IMG/VR virus record: IMGVR_UViG_3300031716_000031
Reading direction: 5' to 3' (one strand)
Length of the DNA: 35,256 nt
Source: a virus
Below are positions 25,030-31,315 of this stretch, one piece after another (the stretch's first letter is position 1; every line of letters begins with the position of its first letter). A program made the translations under genes and the position numbers. Under the pieces are notes generated by a model. It did no database searches and had not been told where the DNA came from. It worked only from the letters and a program-made list of their open reading frames with translations.

Positions 25030-25073
25030 ATTAAAAACATACAAATCTCTGATTAATACTATACCAATAAAAA

Positions 25074-25403
25074 ATGAATAGCATAGACCCTGCCGATATC
25101 ATTTCCCATCCGATTGCTCCCGGAATCATTGGGTCTTTGGTCGCATTAAAATTCGTTCCCGGAAACAATTGGTTGGAGAGAGCCTGTAATCTGGTAACAA
25201 GCTTTTCCATCGTTATCTATGGGTCTCCTGCGGTTAATTCATATTTCGATATCACAGCAGAAAGTATGAAGTCCTGTATGTGCTTTGCGATTGGACTGTT
25301 TGGTTTGAGTCTCGCAAAAGCTATTTTTACAGGTATTAGTGAGACCAAATTGGGGGCAATATTTTCCAGCATCATTACAAGCTGGTTCAGCCGTAAAGGT
25401 TAA
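25074..25403 (+). CDS. Holin-like membrane protein (109 aa, about 3 TM segments)
   Basis: The hydrophobic segments are GIIGSLVALKFV, LVTSFSIVIYGSPAV and CMCFAIGLFGLSLAKAIF. The C-terminus is charged. It is the first gene of the lysis cluster. Confidence 0.5.
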   Translation: MNSIDPADIISHPIAPGIIGSLVALKFVPGNNWLERACNLVTSFSIVIYGSPAVNSYFDITAESMKSCMCFAIGLFGLSLAKAIFTGISETKLGAIFSSIITSWFSRKG

Positions 25404-25405
25404 TC

Positions 25406-25696
25406 ATGGTAGATATGATTTTCTGTCTAATCCTGATTCTTGCAATTACTATCCTTATCATGTCTGAATCATTCAAAGATGGGATTATTGTAAAGACAGG
25501 TCTCATCTTGATTGCATTGGGATATATTGGAATTGTCTCTCAGATATATCAAGGAAATATGAATCTGTTGAAATCCGTTCACTGTATTGGATTTGGGATT
25601 CTTGTATGTATTTTTGGTGTGTTCATCAGAGGTTATATTCGCACTGATAAACAACGTCGTGTCTCTGATTACCTAGATAAGAGGGTTGTTAAATGA
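25406..25696 (+). CDS. Second membrane protein (96 aa, about 3 TM segments; holin/antiholin-like)
   Basis: The hydrophobic segments are IFCLILILAITILIM, GLILIALGYIGIV and IGFGILVCIFGVFI. The tail RTDKQRRVSDYLDKR is basic. Confidence 0.45.
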   Translation: MVDMIFCLILILAITILIMSESFKDGIIVKTGLILIALGYIGIVSQIYQGNMNLLKSVHCIGFGILVCIFGVFIRGYIRTDKQRRVSDYLDKRVVK

Positions 25697-26103
25697 AACT
25701 TGTATTGAATCGCGATGTAATCGGAGAAACCTTTACCCTAGGTTCTCTTACTGTCGATGATCAAAGGATTGGGTTTACTTGTGAAGACAAAGACCGTCAT
25801 CTAGAAGATGGTGGTGAAAAGGTCTATGGAGAAACCGCCATTCCTCGCGGAAGATACAAAGTCATCATCTCTTTCTCTCAACGTTTTAAAAAGCCCATGC
25901 CTGAAATATTGAATGTACCCGGCTTCGAAGGGATTCGTATTCATGGTGGAAATACTGATGCAGATACTCTCGGGTGTATTCTTCTCGGCGCACAAAGAAC
26001 AAGTAACGGAGTTGCTAATTGTGCTGCTGTTAATAACTCACTAATTTCCATGCTTGAGAAAGCAGAAGATATTGGTGATGAAGTTTGGCTAACGGTGGAA
26101 TAA
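25693..26103 (+). CDS. DUF5675-like protein, candidate non-canonical endolysin
   Basis: FTLGSLTVDD...FTCED...ETAIPRGRYKV...ILNVPGFEGIRIHGGNTDADTLGCILLG matches my memory of DUF5675. The H-G...GC motif resembles the YkuD L,D-transpeptidase catalytic signature. ATGA overlap with the upstream gene. Confidence 0.5.
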   Translation: MKLVLNRDVIGETFTLGSLTVDDQRIGFTCEDKDRHLEDGGEKVYGETAIPRGRYKVIISFSQRFKKPMPEILNVPGFEGIRIHGGNTDADTLGCILLGAQRTSNGVANCAAVNNSLISMLEKAEDIGDEVWLTVE

Positions 26104-26105
26104 TC

Positions 26106-26597
26106 ATGGATTGGACACAAACTCTTCCTGCTATTGGATCATTTCTAGGTGGGCCTGCAGGTGGTCTTGTAGGATCTGGAATTGAATGGCTAGCTTCTAA
26201 ATTTGGAGCCTCTGATAAGACTGTAGAAGGTATTAAACAAACTCTCTCTGGAATGACATCCGATCAACTGTTACAGGCAAAGCAGATCGATATTGATTTC
26301 CAGAAATTCTGTCTAGATAACGGAATCAAACTTCAACTTGCCCAAATCGCTGTGAATCAGGAAGAAGCAAAGTCTGAAAGTTTATTTATTGCTGGTGGCC
26401 GTCCAGCTTGTATTTGGATTGGTGCGTTCGCATTGGCTTATGCTTCTATCATCGAACCCATGGCACGATTCTTTGCTGTGGTGCTCTTTAAATACGCTGG
26501 AACATTCCCCACAATCGATACGGATATCACCATGCAAGTCCTGTTTGGACTACTTGGCTTGGGGGCTATGCGTTCGTTCGATAAAGCCAAGAAGTGA
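26106..26597 (+). CDS. GTA-type 3-TM holin family protein
   Basis: MDWTQTLP...QIAVNQEEAKSESLFIAGGRPACIWIGAFALAY resembles the GTA_holin_3TM signature (N..EA.s.s.F.aGWRP..GW). It is the last gene of the plus arm. Confidence 0.6.
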   Translation: MDWTQTLPAIGSFLGGPAGGLVGSGIEWLASKFGASDKTVEGIKQTLSGMTSDQLLQAKQIDIDFQKFCLDNGIKLQLAQIAVNQEEAKSESLFIAGGRPACIWIGAFALAYASIIEPMARFFAVVLFKYAGTFPTIDTDITMQVLFGLLGLGAMRSFDKAKK

Positions 26598-26741
26598 TTA
26601 TTTCTTCTTGCTTCCAGACGACTTAGATTGACGTTGAACAGAATAAGCGATTGCTACGGCTTGATCAGGTTTTTTGCCTGACTTAATCTCAGTCGCTACA
26701 TTCTTTTGGAATGCTTGCTTAGATTCTGATTTCTTCAACAT
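26598..26741 (-). CDS. Small basic protein (47 aa), DUF6496-like
   Basis: ATG 26741 has AAGGAG 6 nt upstream. [47 protein letters not shown] resembles the K..QAiAIA.S family. The track ORF extension to 26807 would run into the tRNA. Confidence 0.55.
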   Translation of the reverse strand: MLKKSESKQAFQKNVATEIKSGKKPDQAVAIAYSVQRQSKSSGSKKK

Positions 26742-26756
26742 AACTATCTCCTTTAA

Positions 26757-26831
26757 TGGTATTGCCGACTGGAGTCGAACCAGTAACCAAGAAATTATGA
26801 GTTTCACGCTCTACCATTGAGCTACAGCAAT
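26757..26831 (-). tRNA. tRNA with CAU anticodon (Met, or Ile2 if lysidine-modified), CCA encoded
   Basis: Hand-folded sequence is ATTGCTG-TA-GCTC-AATGGTA-GAGC-G-TGAAA-CTCATAA-TTTCT-TGGTT-ACTGG-TTCGACT-CCAGT-CGGCAAT-A-CCA. The acceptor stem has 7 bp (one G-U). The T-loop is TTCGACT, with T33 and A37 flanking CAT. There are no initiator hallmarks. Confidence 0.85.
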
Positions 26832-26955
26832 AGGTTGTGGATAGCCGGTGCTGATCTCCGGCTTTAACATAGTCCCGGCAGCAGTGCGAACCGGTTGCCC
26901 TTTCAGCGCATCAGCCTGCGCATTCATCCACACGGCTGGCGACTGTAGCAGCTTA

Positions 26956-27111
26956 CTACAATTCGCTTTGTAGGCTATCTATGTACTTGCAATCGCCATG
27001 CGTGTGGATGCTAGTTTCTTTCCCACTAGCAAAGTCAGCGGACAAATAGTCTGCAATGGATGGATCAAAGTATAGACAATTCTGTTTGTTCAGAGCTACC
27101 TTTTTCACCAT
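26956..27111 (-). CDS. Doubtful small ORF (51 aa)
   Basis: This is the internal ATG of track ORF 26956..27192. It has no SD and overlaps the upstream gene by 47 nt. Confidence 0.25.
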   Translation of the reverse strand: MVKKVALNKQNCLYFDPSIADYLSADFASGKETSIHTHGDCKYIDSLQSEL

Positions 27112-27364
27112 CAATAATGTCAAAACGTTTTGCTTCTTGATAAACAATACTCGCTGGAAATACGAAACCGGGGTCTTGAAGATCAATTGCACGCCTACTG
27201 AATTCTTCCCTTGCTAATGCATAGCCTATATTATAGGCAATGGAGAAATTATCGAATACACCTTTTACATCAGAAGATGGATGATTCTTTCCATTAGGAT
27301 CAAGATCATCACTATATCGAGTTACAACGAAACGAGTAACAGGACGAATCTTATATTCAATCAT
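27065..27364 (-). CDS. Hypothetical protein (99 aa)
   Basis: A clean ORF with AAAGG upstream of ATG 27364. No motif recognised. Confidence 0.65.
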   Translation of the reverse strand: MIEYKIRPVTRFVVTRYSDDLDPNGKNHPSSDVKGVFDNFSIAYNIGYALAREEFSRRAIDLQDPGFVFPASIVYQEAKRFDIIDGEKGSSEQTELSIL

Positions 27365-27451
27365 TTTTTACCTTTCTGCATCCGCAGATGCATAGATATC
27401 CAAAATTGGACGAATTAAGTATAGATCAAACTAACGCTTATTTCAAAGCTC

Positions 27452-28150
27452 TTATTTCTGCTCCTTCTGCTTGTCGATGGCGGCGGAAACAATATTGCTT
27501 GCTAGGATAAGACCGTTTCTTTCCGCAGACTGATCCAGTCCATTCCCTGTGAGATGACCCTGCTTGATATGTGCATTAATCAAGTACAAACACTTTTGCA
27601 TCGAATCTCGCTCGGCCTGTTCGCGGAGGGCGGCGAGTTCAGCATCCCTCTGCGCCACTTCAGTGCGTAGGGCGGTGAGTTCGATTTGCAATTCATATTC
27701 TTCACGCGCTGTAGGTAGGTTTGCAATCAGCAGTCGCTTATTGGTTGCCCGAAGTTTTTCCGATTCCTGCGCATTTGCTTCAGCAAAAGCTTTCATGGCG
27801 CTGAATTGATTCTTGACCAATGACAATTCCTCCCGCACCTTGGCGAGTTCGGCTTGCAGCTCGGCGGTGACTTGAGTGGCGTCACGAAATTGATCTGCCC
27901 CCTGATTGGCGGGTGGGTGGGCATAGAGCAACGTTCCGTCTTCTGGCAACATCGTTATGTGCCAGCTTATGCAAGTGCCGCCCAGGCTTCTATCTATGTG
28001 TGCCACTGCCTCCCCATCCCGCTTGCTGGCAAGCTGGGCTTCGATGGCGCGGATTGCATTGATAAGGTCGGCTGCGTTCCCTTCAAGCTTCCCCGTCATC
28101 AACTCGCCAGAAATACCATGCTGACTCAAAATGTCAGAAATCTCAGTCAT
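27452..28150 (-). CDS. Ea22-like coiled-coil early protein (232 aa)
   Basis: The preferred start, ATG 28150, overlaps the upstream TGA (ATGA). GEAVAHI...DGTLLYAHPPANQG is followed by a long coiled-coil (AELQAELAKVREELSLVKNQ...). Confidence 0.6.
   Translation of the reverse strand: MTEISDILSQHGISGELMTGKLEGNAADLINAIRAIEAQLASKRDGEAVAHIDRSLGGTCISWHITMLPEDGTLLYAHPPANQGADQFRDATQVTAELQAELAKVREELSLVKNQFSAMKAFAEANAQESEKLRATNKRLLIANLPTAREEYELQIELTALRTEVAQRDAELAALREQAERDSMQKCLYLINAHIKQGHLTGNGLDQSAERNGLILASNIVSAAIDKQKEQK
27909..27922. repeat. GCGGGTGGGTGGGC repeat, copy 1 of 3 (encodes AHPPA on the minus strand)
   Basis: The same 14-mer occurs at 33672..33685 and 33768..33781. The extended match CCTGATTGGCGGGTGGGTGGGC is shared with 33664..33685. 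Confidence 0.9.
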
Positions 28151-28644
28151 TGATAACATTTGGCACCTTTTTTGCTGGCAAGAATGCAACGAGCGAACTC
28201 AATACGCTTTTGGATGAAGGCTGACGGGTCGGTAATAGACATCACCGTAAAATCGCAATCTTTGGCGATCTGATTAATCTCCGCATCCGGCATTCCTTCG
28301 GCTGCTGGCTGCTTTGATTTGCTACGAAGCTCGTCAATAACTCGCTGTAAAGTGCGGCGACAAACAACATCAAAGTCGATCCCTGCATCAACGTCTGCGG
28401 CAATACCTTCCAATTCGTGAGCTAGACTCAATGCACAGGCTGGCTGCTCGGCTGGCGGGGTGCGGCGGTTCCAGTCTGTGATTGCGGTAGCTCGTTTATC
28501 GTCGTAACGGCAATGCCAGCTACGTGATCGCAGCTCGCATAGATCACAATAAAAGCACGAATATCCGTGATCATCTGTATCCTCTAATACCTTCCCGCCG
28601 CAGCAAGGGCATGGCAACAGTTCTTCCTGCGTGGTGTTGGTCAT
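28147..28644 (-). CDS. Lar-family (restriction-alleviation-like) zinc-ribbon protein with C-terminal extension
   Basis: LLPCPCCGGKV...YSCFYCDLCELRS...ATAITDWNRR fits the Lar_restr_allev pattern (PCPFCGG...C..C...A...WN.R). ATGA overlaps at both ends. Confidence 0.6.
   Translation of the reverse strand: MTNTTQEELLPCPCCGGKVLEDTDDHGYSCFYCDLCELRSRSWHCRYDDKRATAITDWNRRTPPAEQPACALSLAHELEGIAADVDAGIDFDVVCRRTLQRVIDELRSKSKQPAAEGMPDAEINQIAKDCDFTVMSITDPSAFIQKRIEFARCILASKKGAKCYQ
28613..28641. repeat. Junction repeat J2, copy B (pairs with 34200..34228)
   Basis: GGCAACAGTTCTTCCTGCGTGGTGTTGGT versus GGCAACAGTTCTTCCTGCGTTGTGTTGGT, one mismatch. It encodes the shared N-terminus TNTTQEELLP. Confidence 0.9.
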
Positions 28645-28841
28645 TTCTTGTTTCTCCGTTTCTTGGCTGCGCGTTTGGCAGCGGCAGTGCCGGTAATGCG
28701 CTTTGTCACGCCACGCTCTTTTCTAAGTACAGCGTGGCCGGCGGTATCTATGGCGTAGCCGCGTATGACTTGTGGCTCTATCGCAAAAGTGGATGACGAT
28801 AAGCCGGCCACTGCAAGCGCAATTAGCTTCTTCTGCATCAC
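28641..28841 (-). CDS. Small secreted basic protein (66 aa) with signal peptide
   Basis: MMQKKLIALAVAGLSSSTFA-IEPQ has n-, h- and c-regions with an A-x-A-like TFA site. The C-terminal tail AAAKRAAKKRRNKK is basic. The SD GGGGAGAG lies in junction repeat J1. Confidence 0.6.
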   Translation of the reverse strand: MMQKKLIALAVAGLSSSTFAIEPQVIRGYAIDTAGHAVLRKERGVTKRITGTAAAKRAAKKRRNKK

Positions 28842-29078
28842 TTAACTCTCCCCGCCCGTTGGGGCTTTGGCTTTTGCAAAAAGCGCCTCCCTCGACACAA
28901 TTCTAAGCAGGCATTCCGCTTGAAGCTTGTCGCTGCGCGTAGGTAGATTCGCGTTCAGGTATCCGATGGCAAAACAATCGAAGCCTGCCTCGATTTCTTC
29001 TAAGGTGGCGGTAGGCAACGCATCAAAAAAATCTTTACCCATCTGCTTCAATCCAGACAGATCAGTGTAGATGCTCAT
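28842..29078 (-). CDS. Hypothetical protein (78 aa)
   Basis: ATG 29078 follows AAGGAGTGAGGG. The protein ends in the shared KAPTGGES tail. Confidence 0.6.
   Translation of the reverse strand: MSIYTDLSGLKQMGKDFFDALPTATLEEIEAGFDCFAIGYLNANLPTRSDKLQAECLLRIVSREALFAKAKAPTGGES
28846..28870. repeat. Junction repeat J1, copy B (pairs with 34437..34461)
   Basis: CTCTCCCCGCCCGTTGGGGCTTTGG versus CTCTCCCCACCCGTGGGGGCTTTGG, 2 mismatches in 25. It encodes ...KAPTGGES and provides the SD of the next gene. Confidence 0.9.
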
Positions 29079-29081
29079 CCC

Positions 29082-29402
29082 TCACTCCTTCGCCTCGGCG
29101 TCCGGGTTGGTGGTCAGGGTTCCGCACTCGGCTGAGTAGAGTAGAAATTTCTCGACCTTCGCCTTCTTGGCTTCGACCATTTCCCAAAAGTCTTCGATGA
29201 TGACGCCATCCGCATGCTCTTCCGAAAGCATCATCATCGCGGCGTACAGATCGGCGAATTCCTGCCATATGCGTTGGTAGTTGGTCAGCGCTTGTCCCGG
29301 CTGAATCTCATCCATGCCGAAACGTGCTGCTTTGCTGGCGCGCTGTGCAACCTCGCAACCTTCCTCACCAGCAATCCACAAAAGGTGATCTAGTCGCTTC
29401 AC
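29082..29402 (-). CDS. MazG-like nucleotide pyrophosphohydrolase (106 aa)
   Basis: IAGEEGCEVAQRASKAARFG (an EE..E...K..RfG metal-binding helix) and EFADLYAAMMML resemble all-alpha NTP-PPase/MazG motifs. The GTG start overlaps the upstream TGA. Confidence 0.5.
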   Translation of the reverse strand: MKRLDHLLWIAGEEGCEVAQRASKAARFGMDEIQPGQALTNYQRIWQEFADLYAAMMMLSEEHADGVIIEDFWEMVEAKKAKVEKFLLYSAECGTLTTNPDAEAKE

Positions 29403-30259
29403 GGCTTCACCTCCTGCCCTACGGTGCCCGGTACAGGGGCGACTTCGCCACGGCTAGCGTGCGAACGCAGATCGGCATCAATGAACGCATCTAATCCTTG
29501 GAAGCGCAGTACCGTTCCTTCCAGTAGATTCACTGATCCACATGGAGCAGCCCCAAGAACTTGCAGGCGACGATAACGTCGATCATTTCGTGCAACGTCA
29601 TCCGGCACCTGCCCAGCGGCAAGCTGCTCTGCCTTCACTACAGGTTCGCCATGCACAGCTAGATCGTCATCGACCTCCGTGTCGCCAAGGTAATGGCCGC
29701 CTTCATCGGGGTAGTCAGTGCAGTAGGCCAGCAAACCCTTCTTGTACTCGGCAACCGTCACCTCGGCGTCATACCCGCCGAAGAACCCGACAAGGCTATG
29801 TGCTTGCCGCAGCGTGATCTGTATGCTTTCATCCTTTGCCGGCACTCCCCCTGCCTTCACTACAGGCGCAGAGAGGAGGGCGCGGATAGCTTCGATAACA
29901 TCGTTAGCAGTGACTTGCGGCAAATGTGGGCTGTCACCTTCGATCATCGATTCACCCAATGCAGCACACTCCTCAATCGTCTCCGCTCTTACTTGCTCTG
30001 CATGGGTAGTGGCGGATTGAAGGGTGACTAACTCCACGATAGGATTCAAGCTATCGTGAGATTCCATGTGGCGTTTCCTATCCATCGAAACCCATGTCGA
30101 TAGCTGTCCGCGTTGATCTTCGGATTCAACAATCCAAGCCACAACCTGTAGCCCCTTCGGCTGCTCTTGGATTACATAAATCTTCATCTCTTGGGCCACA
30201 GTTTGCCCATGTCCTTTTTCACAGAGTTCGATCCAGCGATTTAATTGTTCTTTGTTCAT
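29399..30259 (-). CDS. Hypothetical early protein (286 aa), high-GC
   Basis: A long ORF with several antisense shadow ORFs, which is typical of high GC. ETIEECAAL...VIEAIRALL resembles Ea22-type accessory proteins. Confidence 0.65.
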   Translation of the reverse strand: MNKEQLNRWIELCEKGHGQTVAQEMKIYVIQEQPKGLQVVAWIVESEDQRGQLSTWVSMDRKRHMESHDSLNPIVELVTLQSATTHAEQVRAETIEECAALGESMIEGDSPHLPQVTANDVIEAIRALLSAPVVKAGGVPAKDESIQITLRQAHSLVGFFGGYDAEVTVAEYKKGLLAYCTDYPDEGGHYLGDTEVDDDLAVHGEPVVKAEQLAAGQVPDDVARNDRRYRRLQVLGAAPCGSVNLLEGTVLRFQGLDAFIDADLRSHASRGEVAPVPGTVGQEVKP

Positions 30260-30298
30260 TCACTCACTCCTTGTAGGTGGGGCGATAAAAGGCTTTGT

Positions 30299-30532
30299 TT
30301 ATTTGGCTTCTTGTTTAAACGCAGCTATCTCGGCTGTACCCTTAGCAAAAAGAGTAATCTTCACTGCCTTGCAATTTCCATAAGTGAAATGGCCCTCTGA
30401 TGAATAAATCACATCAGCCTCTAGACTATCTCCTCCTTTAGCAACTGCACTTAATAGCTTTTGCTCCCATTCGTCGGATGGGGTAATCACTAGCAGGCAT
30501 AAACCATTTTTGAATTCAAGTTTCGTATCCAT
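30299..30532 (-). CDS. Hypothetical protein (77 aa)
   Basis: A clean ORF on the operon strand. No motif recognised. Confidence 0.6.
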   Translation of the reverse strand: MDTKLEFKNGLCLLVITPSDEWEQKLLSAVAKGGDSLEADVIYSSEGHFTYGNCKAVKITLFAKGTAEIAAFKQEAK

Positions 30533-30576
30533 ACATCCTCCAAATCTGAGAGAGCCTTGTTCAAACCTTGGCCTAA

Positions 30577-30783
30577 TTAACCAAAAGATTTACAAACCAC
30601 ATACCCAATAAGAATACCCAAACAAACAGAAAACATTACTGAAACCATTACAAGACTAAATACTTGAGCTTCAGGAAAAGTGACTTCAAGTGGAAACTGA
30701 CTATGATTCTTCACTGCTAACCGAGCAGGACAAGTATCACTTTGCTGGCATTCTTGATTGCAGGGTGGACATGTTTTGTTCAT
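30577..30783 (-). CDS. Cys-rich, C-terminally membrane-anchored small protein (68 aa)
   Basis: ATG 30783 overlaps the upstream TGA (ATGA). MNKTCPPCNQECQQSDTCP is followed by the TM segment VFSLVMVSVMFSVCLGILIGYVV. Confidence 0.5.
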   Translation of the reverse strand: MNKTCPPCNQECQQSDTCPARLAVKNHSQFPLEVTFPEAQVFSLVMVSVMFSVCLGILIGYVVCKSFG

Positions 30784-31139
30784 GATTGATGATCCTCTAG
30801 AGCCTTGAGGGCTTGATACATCAGATGTGCAGAATGTCCATTTTCTTTGAAAAACCCAACTGCTTCCCACAATGCACAGAGCTTGAGAGCTAGTTCTGGG
30901 TTAAGGGTGCGAACATAACGCTCAGCAGCACCATGCGTAGCACCTACACCGTAGAACTGGACGCCAATTGCTTTGCCGTCATAGTTGCAATAATCGGCTT
31001 CTAAATCGACATATCCTTCACCATCACAGCACGGGCAATCAATAACTGCTTCACCGCTATACTTCTCTATCTGTTCTGCGGTGTCCAAGTTTTGCGGCGT
31101 AGCCTGTTCTGCAATCTGCTTGAGTTCTTCAGGTTTCAT
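30780..31139 (-). CDS. Ead/Ea22-like protein (119 aa)
   Basis: LKQIAEQATPQNL...CPCCDGEGYV...VQFYGVG...RYVRTLNPELALKL follows the Ea22-like pattern as I recall it. ATG 31139 has AAGGAA upstream. Confidence 0.5.
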   Translation of the reverse strand: MKPEELKQIAEQATPQNLDTAEQIEKYSGEAVIDCPCCDGEGYVDLEADYCNYDGKAIGVQFYGVGATHGAAERYVRTLNPELALKLCALWEAVGFFKENGHSAHLMYQALKALEDHQS

Positions 31140-31171
31140 CAAAATTCCTTCATTTGTCCTATGGTTTATAT

Positions 31172-31315
31172 CTAGGCCTTCTCAGCTTTACGCTTAATAG
31201 CCCGGTAAATAGTGGAACGTGCGATTCCTAGTTTCTTCGCAACCAGAGCAATCTTTTGCCCACCATCCACTAGTTTCATGGCCTTATCTACGATAGAGGA
31301 TTGACGATTTGTCAT
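31172..31315 (-). CDS. Small HTH DNA-binding protein (47 aa, below ORF-track cutoff)
   Basis: Hand translation gives MTNRQSSIVDKAMKLVDGGQKIALVAKKLGIARSTIYRAIKRKAEKA, a Hin/resolvase-type HTH. ATGA overlap with the HNH stop. Confidence 0.55.
   Translation of the reverse strand: MTNRQSSIVDKAMKLVDGGQKIALVAKKLGIARSTIYRAIKRKAEKA

Noticed and set aside
25030-25073. AT-rich gap before the lysis cassette as a late promoter (TTAAAA-17 nt-TAATAC)
   Set aside because: Both hexamers match consensus poorly. The AT-richness alone is not sufficient evidence.
26742-26807. N-terminal extensions offered by the ORF track, for example 26598..26807, 3199..3381, 31771..31833, 14883..14921, 28151..28189, 34431..34511 and 30784..30870
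   Set aside because: In each case an internal start has a proper SD and/or an ATGA/GTGA overlap with the upstream stop. The extension would overlap a neighbouring gene or the tRNA.
26757-26831. The tRNA as an attP/integration-site remnant
   Set aside because: The tRNA is full-length with all four arms, not a 3' fragment. No integrase or excisionase gene is present anywhere in the closed genome.
27909-27922. G-quadruplex potential of the GGCGGGTGGGTGGGC repeats
   Set aside because: There are only three G3 tracts per copy. The conservation is fully explained by the encoded AHPPA peptide motif and flanking codons.
29542-30031. Three overlapping plus-strand ORFs (91, 112 and 92 aa) in the early arm. 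Similar sets occur at 27564..28153 and 33885..34269.
   Set aside because: They occur only in the high-GC blocks, overlap each other and the long minus-strand ORFs, and are Arg/Pro/Ala-rich. These are typical GC-driven spurious ORFs.
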